Below are positions 28,231-40,221 of a stretch of DNA of 64,000 nt, piece by piece. Origin of the DNA: Balanoglossus misakiensis (taxonomy: Eukaryota; Animalia; Hemichordata); assembly GCA_040954595.2 (NCBI GenBank), contig CM082591.2, forward strand, positions 2,565,258 through 2,629,257, in the 5' to 3' direction. The notes beneath the pieces were generated by a model. That model did no database searches. It had not been told where the DNA came from and was given only the letters and a program-made list of their open reading frames with translations. How positions within the stretch are numbered: position 1 is the first letter of the stretch; every line of letters starts with the position of its first letter. The position numbers and the translations under genes were made by a program.

Positions 28231-29151
28231 TCAAGAGTCTTCTGCAATGTCCAGACCCCTCTTCTGGACCTCCGCAGTGATGTGCTGGTCAAACCATTCG
28301 CTCTGTGCCACTGTGAAGTGTTGCTTCCAGTTTCCAACTTGACCTTTACGGATGTATTGGGCACCGGCCTCAAACACTGCCTCGTCTGTACCAGCCCAAA
28401 TACGAAAGGCATCTCCTCTCTCCCTCATGGCGTCAACGCTGCAAAGTTGAACCACGTCATTAATTTGTTCTTCGGTGACAGGTCGACCAAGGAACTCTGC
28501 AACTTTCAGCAGGTTGGACTTAAGATCTCTCTTCATGTCTTCGTATTTCAAGTGTAAGACGTTATCTTCTCGGCCAAATTGTTGCCAGGACGTCACATGA
28601 TCCAACCATGGCCCGTACCAAACTTTGCCCTCAACAAATGCACGAACCCACTCATCCCAAGTGAGCTCCATTTTGCTAATCTTGATACACTTCATGTAGA
28701 AGTACATCGATACACAGACGTCTTTCGGATTTCTTGTTACATAGATGATCTTACATTTTCTGTTCCCCTCTCTCCATGATGTGTGGAAGTGTTGAGGGTG
28801 CAAGTGGCAAGCTAGCAGGCGTGGAGATTTCATCTTTTTGAGATTTTTCTTCACATTTCTGACATGATCACCGTACAACCCGGGCACGAATTCGTCTGTG
28901 CGCTCATTAATTAAACCAAGTCCAACACACCTCTCTGTACCGGGCAGTAACATGTTTAGGTCACCATACATTTGAGACAGTGCGCTAACCACCCAGAGGG
29001 TGCCGGATTTCGGGAAAGTGGACACGATGACGTCATCATCTCTGATATCCCAGACTTGGTCAATACGGCGGTCTTTGATTGCTGTGACGTCGTTCATATG
29101 ATTAATAAAGTAACAACCATCCTGCAAGAAGACTGGCCACTCAGTCGCCAT
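28231..29151 (-). CDS. Cytosolic sulfotransferase, copy C, intronless CDS, 306 aa
   Basis: Same motifs; ATG at 29151 (MATEWPVFLQDG); 3' end nearly identical to copy A at nucleotide level. Confidence 0.95.
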   Translation of the reverse strand: MATEWPVFLQDGCYFINHMNDVTAIKDRRIDQVWDIRDDDVIVSTFPKSGTLWVVSALSQMYGDLNMLLPGTERCVGLGLINERTDEFVPGLYGDHVRNVKKNLKKMKSPRLLACHLHPQHFHTSWREGNRKCKIIYVTRNPKDVCVSMYFYMKCIKISKMELTWDEWVRAFVEGKVWYGPWLDHVTSWQQFGREDNVLHLKYEDMKRDLKSNLLKVAEFLGRPVTEEQINDVVQLCSVDAMRERGDAFRIWAGTDEAVFEAGAQYIRKGQVGNWKQHFTVAQSEWFDQHITAEVQKRGLDIAEDS

Positions 29152-29783
29152 TGTGTAGAGAGGAATCACGCGTGGGGGTGTTGTCCGAGGCTGTCAGGGT
29201 TGACGTTTTGAAGTCACGTGTCGTCATGCTATGAAACATGTGCAAACAAACAATGGAACTGAGGGAGACCACTTATCAACGTCAAGTGATGGTCTCCCAT
29301 ATATAATAAGCCAAAAGTTAATTCTCTGGTCCACACAGGTCGTTCTGTAGTCCACTTCAGATGGTATCTCCTGTTCAAATCACGCAGCAAATTAATGAAC
29401 TATTAATTACCGGCTGTGGAATGATTTTTAAAATCTACTTTAATTAATTATGCCATTGATTGCCAGTTTTATTTTTATTAATGGGGCTTAATTAAGCTAT
29501 TAAAAGCTTCGGTAACAATGTTCTTTTTTCTCAAACTATTACCTTGTTTACTTATTCTGCGAGGCCGTTTGAAGTGGTCGTGGACTTCTGCTCACGTTAC
29601 CTGCGCATGCATATTTGATGTGATCACAAGGCTAACCAATCACAGGACACCAAAGTTTGCGTACATGCGCACTGTGTGCTTATACAAAGCCATCACAGCG
29701 GAAGTGGGGTAGACGCTGACGTCACAATCCAGCCAAGTTTTAAAAGACGCAGTCTGCATCAACAAGAATTCACACACAACAAA
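29152..29783. promoter_or_regulatory. Divergent intergenic/promoter region between sulfotransferase C and arylsulfatase 1
   Basis: About 630 bp between head-to-head ATGs, containing CCAAT (29636), ETS-like GCGGAAGT (29698), CRE TGACGTCA (29717), NRF1-like TGCGCATGC (29602) and E-box GTCACGTG (29213). Motif function is inferred. Confidence 0.55.
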
Positions 29784-31869
29784 ATGAAAAGCTTGTTTGT
29801 CGTCTGCGTCGTGATTTTTGCGGTCTGTGGTCAACTTGAAGCTGGCCAGACAGTCCGTCCAAACATTCTCTTCATTTTGGCTGACGATCTCGGTAAGTTG
29901 CAACCACATTTTTCCAGGGTCCGATTAAGCTGATATTCCCATCTAGGAACTAAAGACGAGAAATAAGTCTTTTGCAGATCACAGGCAAATCTTATGGTCG
30001 ATCCGACCAACATCATCAATTCTGACGAAAAACAGCATCAAAAGTGTAAAATCCAAAATCGCTTCTTCAGTCCAAAAATGTTGACTAGCTTTTGGTTTTA
30101 ATATATACTCAATTCAACTTCGCATCTTCTTATCCGTGAATCACAAATTAATTAAAAGGTGACGCAACGGTTGTTTACGTCTGCGATAAGGTTAAAGTTA
30201 ACATAAGTGTTGTCTCTCTGGTAGGCCTAATGTCTAATCGGTCATTGGGTCAAACGATTTTACATTTATATGTCTCACAGTGAAACAGAGGCTTGTTGGA
30301 GGCTTTTAACCTCCAAGATTCCTTAACTTTCTTGAGAGCTGATGGCTTCACCAGCTGTGCATGGTTTGTGACTAGGACCGTGAGTCCAGCTACACATCCA
30401 TGTAGGCCCCACGACGCCGAAACCACGTTGTTAGAATGTGTGTTTTTGTACGATTTTATTTTACCCTTTGCCCCTGGGCAATAAGTTCGCTTGCGAGTTC
30501 AAGCATATTCCCTGGGTTCAAAACCTTTCTGGTGTCAAATTCCAAACCATTTCCGTTTCATTATTTTCAAATTTTTTTTCGTCCCACTATTTTGCAGCGG
30601 GGAAGGCGGGCACACCCTTTTCAGGTCCGGCCTTATATTAAATTTTCTACAATCAACAAAGTCACGCCCACAGGCGAAACACTGGAACGAGTCTGTCAGC
30701 CCTTGAAACATTTTTTTCTCGAATTTGAAACTTTCAGGATGGAGTGATATTGGCTACAACAACCCTTACGTCATCACACCGACACTGGATGGTCTGGCGG
30801 AAAATGGTGTCATTTTGAATCAGTCGTATGTCCAGTCAACGTGCACACCGTGAGTTGCCTTTGTGATTTCAATGACTGGTGCGATTTATTTTAGGAGAAA
30901 TAAGTAAACATGTGATCAACTTCAGCTGCGCTTTACTTTTATTTTCAACGAAAAACAAGAAATGAATACTACTGTAATTGATCAATTGTAAAAACGCAAA
31001 TTGAAGACAATTTCCGCAAATTTCGAAGAGTCTGGTACATTATCTGTTATTATGTTTTCCCTTTCTCAGATCACGTGCGTCTCTCATGACTGGGTATTTT
31101 GCATATCGTACCGGGCTGCAGGTATTGTATTGGTATTTCTACAGTATGGCACATTCTTCTAGAAGGCGATATCACAGTGGAATTTATACAAAAAATATGA
31201 CATGCAAAGACCCTGCTGCCAAAGATCGTTTATTGGTTTTCGTCATAATGAGGCAATTCATGAACCTAATCAAACAAAACTGACCAGCTGAAATTTGTTT
31301 AGTCTCAAGGCTGGTAAAACGGCCACGCTTTCTAAACGGAAATATGGGATGATTTAATGTAATTTTAAATCATTAACAGACACGTATCCGTTTATGTAAA
31401 ATTGTGTGTTAGTAATATTGATTATTAAAATCTCTGTTGTTAATATCGATAAAATTCTTTCCGTGTATAGCATGGTGTACTGATAAAGAATCAACCAAGT
31501 GGTCTACCTTTACACTTCACGACGTTACCGCAAAAATTGAAAGAGCAAGGATACTCAACTTACATGCTCGGAAAGTAAGTGGTTTGATACAATGGAAACC
31601 ATACACTCGTTAGCTTGCCTGGGACATCAACTTGTTCCCACAACTTCCTTCTGTCCCTTTCTGAATGTAGCCTACAATGCAGTGTGAGAATCAGCGTTAT
31701 AGCCAAGTATTTTCTCTCCTTTTTTTCCAAGATGGCATCTCGGATTCTGCAAATATGAGTACACGCCGAACGGAAGAGGTTTCGACCACTTCTATGGGTT
31801 CTACACCGCAGGTGGCGACTACTTCAACCATACCACAGGTCTGTGTGGGCACGCTAACTAAAATTGTCG

Positions 31870-31928
<59 letters not shown>

Positions 31929-33701
31929 CTGAAGCTTGCTAGTGAATTGTACCTTTATTTTCAGGTCCGAAAAAATACTTGGATTTGAGAGAAGACCTGA
32001 CACCAGATTGGACCAAAACCGGACAATATTCATCGGTGTGTATTACAAAATTCTTGAGAATAAATTGATAATTATATAGTTTTGACAACCAACGATATAA
32101 CCCCCAGGTGGATAAACTTGAAAGACAAGATTGCATTTTTTAGATTTGGACACGCCATTTGACCACCCATGGGTAAACTGAAATTAAGGGTGATTGTGCA
32201 CTATAAATTTCTACCTACAGGAAGTCTTCGCTGAAAAAGCAGCAGAGTATGTAGCCAATCACGACCAGAGTAACCCACTATTCATGTATTTCTCACTGCA
32301 AAGCGTGCACGGACCACTGCAGGTGAGTGGTCGCTAACACTGCGCAGTCTCCATGTAAGTAGCGATCACAACAACGGGTGTATTAATCATTTGGGCAGGA
32401 ATCATAGCGCCTGTGGCATTTTTGAATGTGTCATATCTACAATAAATCTTAAATTAGGTCGTCACCAAGTAGTAATTCGTTATTGTCTGAAAATACATGT
32501 AGAAATTTGCCTAAAATTCCTGTTTTGTAGGAAACACCATATGATAAATATACTGTTGTATACCACATGGCAGGGTCTGATAGGTACATCTGATTATTTT
32601 GATATTCGCAGGTGCCCGAGAGATACCTCGACAAGTACTTGTTTGTTAAGACTATGGGACGAAGGATAAAACTGGGTAAGCTTAAATATTATCAGTCATA
32701 TAGTTGTCGTCACTATTCATTTCACGTTAACAATGTCACAAATCTTGTTGCATTCTGGACATGGTTTCAGGTATGGTTACAGCAATGGACGACGCGGTGA
32801 AGGTGGTGGTCGATGCCTTCAAGGAACACGGGTTGTGGGAAAATACGCTGTTGGTATTTCTGTCTGACGTAAGTACTTGACAGACAGACAGACGGATAGT
32901 CAGACAGGCAGGCGGACGAACAGTCATACAGATACACACATACTTTATACAACCATCACATTTGTGTGCACCATTTACTTTCCTAGAATGGTGGCCCGGC
33001 CAACGAAAATAACTACGGATGCAACTGGCCGTTGCGAGGTTCCAAGAAGACGCTCTGGGAAGGAGGCACACGCGCAGTCAATTTCGTCCACGGAAGCATG
33101 TTAGAAAAGACTGGATATGTCAATGACGGGTAAGAAACATGAAATAAAAGTTACTAAAATAGACGGCTGGATGCATGACTGGATGGATGGATGAACTGAC
33201 TGACTAATTGATTGCCTGATTGATTCAAACATTTCTGCATCTTCTACTGCAGAATGGTACATGTGGCAGATTGGTTTCCAACCTTGGTGAGCTTGGCTGG
33301 CGGCGAGACAGGTACGATGGATGTGAATTGGCGTCGACATACAAGCTGATTGGCACTTGGCTCAGTGATACATCAATAATGTTATCAGCTCTTCGTTTAA
33401 AAATAGGCATACTTCAAGTTTGTCCAGTGGCATCATCACTAGGTATTGCTTTACAAGGATTGGTTAATCCATCGTGTCCCAATATTTATCGAGGTTGGAG
33501 ACTCCTATGAAAGTACTTCATTAAATTGCTTTACACGCAGATCCTGATATGGATGGTGTTAATGTGTGGGATGCAATTTCCAAAGGCGACCCTTCACCTC
33601 GAACAGAATTTGTTTACAACATCGATGAAGTTGATGAAATTCCAAGCCAAGCCATAAGGTAAGTTGTGGCAATGAGTGGTAAACAGCTGACGTCATTGTT
33701 C

Positions 33702-33739
<38 letters not shown>

Positions 33740-34373
33740 AGACACACTTTCTCCTAATTCTATTAATAACATTCAATGTGAAATTTATTATCCAGAGTTG
33801 GCGATTATAAATTGATTCATGGAAGAGCCGGCAATCCAGGTATGAATATGATCGTCATTTCAACAGACTTTGATATTTTTTTCTTAACCTTAAACGTGAC
33901 ATATGGTGGACATGACTTGAATCTGCCAGCTAACCGTCTGATAACTTCACTTCTCACTTCAAGGTGATTGGTTCCCGCCACCTGAGAACTACTGCTATGG
34001 AGAAACTGAGAATGGGCGACTCTTTGGGCATTACACTAGACTTTATAATATAAAAGGTAAAGATTCCTAATGTGGTTTGCTGTTCCTGAATTAAAATACT
34101 ATTTTAGAATACATCTCAAATAAAGGAGACAGAAAAGAATGAACAACATTCTGTCTAAAATAAAAGTCATTTACATAATCTTGTTTCGTTTCCTCAGAGG
34201 ACCCAACCGAACACAGCGACCTCAGCGACGAAATGCCTGAAAAAGTGGAAGAACTGATAGCCAAGCTTGAAGACTTCAAGCTGAAGGGCGTGCCTGCTAT
34301 ATCTCCTCCTACCTTGCTCAAGGAGTCTTCGCCAAGTCGCTTTGGTGGTGTCTACTCACCTGGTTGGTGCTAG
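29784..34373 (+). CDS. Arylsulfatase (ARSB/ARSI/ARSJ-like, formylglycine-dependent), copy 1, about 483 aa, 15 exons, signal peptide
   Basis: Exons 29784-29892, 30738-30849, 31070-31121, 31471-31574, 31732-31838, 31965-32035, 32221-32322, 32612-32675, 32771-32868, 32987-33129, 33253-33311, 33541-33658, 33796-33839, 33964-34056, 34198-34373 (1452 nt). Hydrophobic N-terminus, [13 protein letters not shown], FGly motif [45 protein letters not shown], terminal SPGWC*. Confidence 0.95.
31868..31926. repeat. (CAT)n microsatellite in arylsulfatase 1 intron 5
   Basis: Trinucleotide array; source of the poly-I and poly-M spurious ORFs. Confidence 0.95.
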
Positions 34374-34918
34374 AAGCGACGTGACCCGCCTTCTGAAATC
34401 CAGAGGAGGATTCTTGTTGTTTGTTCAGTGCTGGAATCGTCGTGGCCTCTTGAATATTATATCCACACACTTCCAGTTGTCATTTCAAACAACTAATAAA
34501 TAGTTATGTTATTCGTATTGCTATTCGACCATTTTGTGAGAGAAAACGATAGCTTAAATATACAAAGCTCTGGCAACGAACACCAAACCCTTTCATGTGT
34601 TTTGTATTCGATTGGAGATTGAGCTGCAATAATTTTAGTCTCGGTTACCCAGGCCCCTTTGCTTCTTCCGCTGCGCTACAGAAAAAGGTTCTGGGGAGCT
34701 ACCATACAATGATTTGTCACTTACTACATATTGCATCGCCATTTTAGTATGGTCGAGTGAAATTACAAAGAATATGAGTGAACTATGAATAAGGGGTCAC
34801 TTTCAGGTAAAATATATGTACATCAGGTGGAATATACACACTGTCGTTGTCCTCATCATGTCAAGCCCATGGCGGATATGACGTAACAGGACATCCGGTT
34901 TCACTCACTCAAACGCCT

Positions 34919-37900
34919 TCAACACCAGCCTGGAGAGTAGACGTTTCCAAAGTTTATGGGTGATGACGCATCTCGAAAAGCTGGGAGGTTTATGGCCGGG
35001 ATGGCCTTCCGTTTATATTCTTCAAGCCTTGCTATCATTTCATCTACCTTTTCCGGCATTTCATCGCTAAGATCCATGCGTTCACTGGGGTCACCTGAAA
35101 ACAGACAAACCCTTATAAGTTATAAGTACATGTATCGAGTTACTATGCATCACACATACAACCATACATACAAATCAGTCGGATTGATACATCAAAAACA
35201 AACAGAAGATCCTTACTGCGAATATTAAATAGCATTGTGTAATGTCCAGTGAGGTGGCAACTTGTCACATCTTCCAGAAACTGGCTTTCCGGGGAGGGGC
35301 TCCAACCACCTAGATTGAAGATAAACGAGCAAAATGATCAATATATGTACACGTTTATTTACATTATTTCCTATCATTTAAAATACTCGAACATTTGCAA
35401 AATACTCATGTGCTACAATCTTTATGGCATTTATTATTAAGTCACAATGTTTACTTACTTGGATTACCAGCTTGTCCATGAATGAGTTTGTAGTCACCAA
35501 TCCTAATAGAAAATACATTTGCAATATCATCAGATGAGTGGATTGTAAATAAAGTTTGTGTCTCTGTCTAGCGCGTCTGTTTCTGTAGGAGTTACCAGGG
35601 CCTATTTTGTTAACCCATAAATACGACCACTTACCTGATGGCTTGGTTTGGAATGTTCGGAAGTTCATCAATGTTGTAAATAAATTCTGTACGAGGAGAA
35701 GGGTCGCCTTTAGATACTGTATCCCATACATTAAGGCCGTCCATATTAGGGTCTGAAATTGCAGTAACACCATCTATGTTTGAAATAAGCATTAATAGTG
35801 TTTACATCACCAAACACTAATGATTTCATTTTTGTAGTTGTTGACTGATTTCACATATCATAACTTGTGTGACAAAACTTTCCGTACTAACAAGAATCTA
35901 GGTACAATAAACATAAATTACCTGTCTCGCCACCAGCCAAGTTGACTAACGTTGGGTACCAGTCGACCATGTGAATCATCCTGAAAGGATCATGTGTTTC
36001 AAAAATAATGTTTCACACACGCAAATAGATAACAAATGTAAGTGTTAACGTGTACTGAAGGATACACGGAGAGTCAGACAGAGAGAACAGGGTGATACAT
36101 CATAACCATCAAATACTAAAAGGTGTGACAACTTAATGATACTAAAAAGAGTACCATAATATTGGTAACACTTACTCGTTGTTGATATAGCCTGTTTTCT
36201 CTAACATATCTCCATGTGCGAATGTAACAACTCTTGTGCCTCCTTCCCATAGAGTTCGCTTGAATCCTCGCAGAGGCCAGTTGCTGCTGAAAGTGTCAGC
36301 ATGTCCTGGACCCCCATTCTGAAAAGAGGAGGTGGGTATCAGATAATGCAGCCTTTTAGGGTAACGTTCAGCTGGAGCAATGTACTGTAACACACTCAAG
36401 TGCTAGTATGACTAGCACAACTGCATGTTATTGAGCGAGTTAGCAAGTAATTGTACCACCTGGTACAAAATAGTTGAATCAGTTGATCCGTGAATATGTG
36501 CCTGCCTATACTTACATCTGACATGAATATAAGTAAAGTGTTTTTCCATAACCCGTGTTCCTTGAAAGCATCAACCACCCTAGCCACAGCGTCGTCCATG
36601 GCTGTAACCATCGCTGAAATGGATTTTGATCAAAATCAGTACACACCACATGAGCCAACGTTAGCAGTCATATGTTAACCCTCTACGACTTTTGAAAGAA
36701 AAAAAATACCGAATCTAAAAACATGTGCTTGGTATAATCTACAGTACAGATAATATTTATGGCCGTAAAAGTGCATTTCGGACTGTGTTCAGACTGTAGG
36801 GAACGCTTCAAGCGAATGGTGGAACGCGTGTAACCTACGGCATTTACTCAATGAGAGATGGTTACCTAACTTTGTTCTTCGTCCAGTATGGTTGACATGT
36901 AAATTCATTTCCAGATATTTCTCTGGTACCTAAAAGGGAAAATCATACGAAGGCATTACAATGTTATTTTAGTGGACACACATGTTCATCACCAATGGCC
37001 TGAAATTATTGAAATATTAAGAGACTCTCCATACACATAACATAAAATAAGGAACATACCTCAAGTGGTTCGTGTACACTTTGTAGAGAAAAGTACATAA
37101 ACATTGGTTTATTTTCATCCCGATTCTTGATATAGTCGACCGCTTTATCACTGAATAAGTACTGTAATATAAAACGACACAAAGCAGAAGTCATAAATCG
37201 AAGTTATCAGTCTAACAAAATTTCAATCTACAGAAATTGATTGAGCAACAAGGAACATCATTTCGTTATCATAATATGCTTCGAGATAATTCTGAAAGGT
37301 TATTACATAACATACCGTTGAGTAAACACCATCTTGGGTCCAGTCTGGTGTGAGGTCTTCGTGTAAATCTAGAAATCCAGTGTCATCTGAAAATAATAGA
37401 CATCGATATTTGGAAATCAATGTGATTGTGGTGGTGGAGATGATGATAATGATGGTATTTGGAGTGATGGTGGTTGTGGTGGTGGTGGTGGGTTCTAGCA
37501 ATGGATGCATGAGCACCATGTGTTTATACTGACCCAGTGTGTGACTGAAATAATTTTCATATGCACTGTAGTAGCCATAGAAGTGATCGAAGCCTCGTCT
37601 GGTCGGTGTGTACTCCTCCTTACAAGAACCAAGATGCCACCTGTAACACAGTAAGATAATCCATCTAAATACAAGCGATTATTATAAGACAATCATCTAC
37701 AGTGCATGTAATATTTATGACCTGGGGTGCTCGCATTGTAGTTTTACTTCATCAAAAAGAGTCTCATGGTAATTTGACACAAATAAATACAGGTGTGTAT
37801 AACTTACTTTCCTACGATATAGTTTTCATACCCCTGTTCTTTCAGTTTCTCTGGAAGTGTTGTGAAGTGCAATGGTAGACCAGTGGGTCTATTCTTCAGA

Positions 37901-39248
37901 GGCACGCCATGCTGCAAGGCAATGTTGAAGCCCTCCCATTAGAATTTGAGGGTTAAGGACCATATTCAGACCATATCAAGATACATATCTATACATTATA
38001 TGAACCACACAATATAATTTTAAAATTCATATAAATCATACATCATATATCATTGTTTCTGGAGTTTACCTGGAAACCAATGCGGTGAGCATAATAGCCA
38101 GTCATCAAAGAGGCCCTTGAGCTGCAGAAGAGTAAACATTCACGTCAAATGGTGGAGTTATTGAATTCCACAAAAATGTGTAGCCCGCAACATCTTGGCC
38201 ATGATAGTAGTAAAAATCATATAATTCATCTTCGCGTCTCCCTTGATTAGAGTTTGCTTATTCTAATGAACTGAAGCGAATATTTGGCCCTCAACACAAT
38301 TCCGTATACACACTGCAAGTAAATCTCGTCTATGTCTGTAGTCACAGGTTGCAGCGATGTCGACGATTGGGGGCGACATACTGGTAAAGAAGTTTGTTTA
38401 CATTGTGACTGTGATATACATACGGTGAACATGACGGCAGGGCATACGACTGAGTGAAAATGACGCCATTTCTAGCCAGGCTATCCAGTGTCGGTGTCAA
38501 GACTGTGGGATCATTGTATCCAATGTCACTCCACCCTGAAATAAGATAATTTCAAATGATGATGAGTACTCGCACTTGTCCATTCACGTCGTACATTGAT
38601 AAACTATTTGATTTCCAACTACACTACAATTAAAGCTCTTGTATTTTACCATCACAACTGGCGCCAGCTTGTGAATTTAGATGGGTGACAGATGCCCGCT
38701 TTCATATATATCATGATAGCTGTTCATGATCACCTAGCACATTATTTGGAAATAAAAAGAAACACTGCACACCTGGCATCCATTAGGGCCAGTATTTATT
38801 TGGCATTTTGATTTTGGATTACATGTATTATATATCTACCCCCAAATTGCCAACCCTAGGACACATTTCATCAAAAACCAACATCTGCACTCTATTTCAT
38901 AGACTCGTGTTTCCGATGACAAGAACACTTAATACTTTCTGGTGTGATTCTAAATTCACAGTAGTTTACTCAGATTGTTTCCATGGTTTTATTTATTCAC
39001 TCATTTCTGTCATTCGTATGTTAAAATCAGTTTTCTTTAATTACATTTATTTAAAGCCTAGACGAGATTAATTTATTCATAGTGGTAGCTAAATATATCC
39101 GTGCGCCTGTTTGAAAATGTGACAAGATGAAGAAAAACTTACCGAGGTCATCAGCTAATATGAACAGAATATGAGGGCAGTCCGTGTTTTCACAAGAATA
39201 GGGGGAAGACAGAAGTGCAAGAACGATCGCCAAGTGGAATTTGTACAT
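34919..39248 (-). CDS. Arylsulfatase (ARSB/I/J-like), copy 2, about 482 aa, 15 exons, signal peptide
   Basis: Minus-strand exons 39248-39143, 38535-38424, 38121-38070, 37911-37808, 37640-37534, 37386-37316, 37161-37060, 36929-36866, 36613-36516, 36318-36176, 35980-35922, 35752-35635, 35502-35459, 35309-35217, 35094-34919. Motifs [55 protein letters not shown]. Same intron positions as copy 1. Confidence 0.95.
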
Positions 39249-40221
39249 CTTGACGTGGGTTAGTGATCAGGCGAATTGTTCGTCGCAGGAGAGGTGACTG
39301 TTTTCATGCATCGCTGGCGCGTAAAAGACGCGACTGGCTGTTCCCTTGTTTCACTCCCACTGGGTGTTTTTTTTCACAAATGCGCAACATTCGTGACGTA
39401 GACGAGTTAGTATTTAAAACTGGAGGATACGTATAGCTGTTGATGCATAGAAGCTATGTGTCAGTCTGTCACAAACTGGTGGTGCATTTTAGTCCTGAGT
39501 ATTTGATAAATATGAGCCATTTATAAGCCTTATGCTTCTATAAATGTCAAGTTGCGCAAGATAATAGGGCATGTGTTTACTCAACAAAAAGTAACATATG
39601 CAGATTATAAGTGGTAGAGCGTTCGGGTTTGCTGTCAGACACACGTGTTGTTGCTATTTATCACAATGACAAAAAAAAGAATTTATATATATTTTTTGGA
39701 CAAATTGTGAAACGAGAATTTTTATTTTTATTTTTCTAATGGGAACCTTCTTCTCATTTACAATTTTGCGTAAATTCAATAAGAACATCAACCTGTTGAG
39801 TTTAGCATTCATATTAATTTACATGCACTGACACCAAGTGGTGCATGTATATAACAGATAGTTCGTATACTGTGTGATCTGTCATACTTATAATTAAGCT
39901 AGCTGAAAACAAATTTCAAGAGGACAGTTATATTTCAGGGAGCTGATGTGCGTGGAAACGACAAAAGAATATCATAGACAAAAGTGCAATTCACGGGATC
40001 GTTATAAATATTACCAGGTGTGGCTATAGATGTTGGGACAATGTTACAGTAAATTTCAAATACTTGTCCACGATGCTACATATAACTGTGTGTGGCAACA
40101 TGGCAGCAACAAAAGGGGCGTGCAAAGGATAGAATAGCTGATCACGTGGCCATGTATCAAATAAATCCGTGCCTATATTGCAGAAGCCAGCACAGTTACA
40201 TCATTGCTAGGATGGTAGAAA

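Noticed and set aside
25551-28779. Repeated antisense and alternate-frame ORFs around the SULT genes (e.g. NTSVKVKLETGSNTSQW)
   Set aside because: By-products of near-identical SULT paralogue sequence.
24957-29151. Bacterial contamination or recent horizontal transfer of the intronless SULTs
   Set aside because: They carry the animal-type KxxxTVxxxE dimerisation motif, are flanked by microsatellites and poly(A)-type signals, and are contiguous with spliced animal genes.
31677-31988. Poly-Ile and poly-Met ORFs
   Set aside because: An intronic (CAT)n tract read out of frame.
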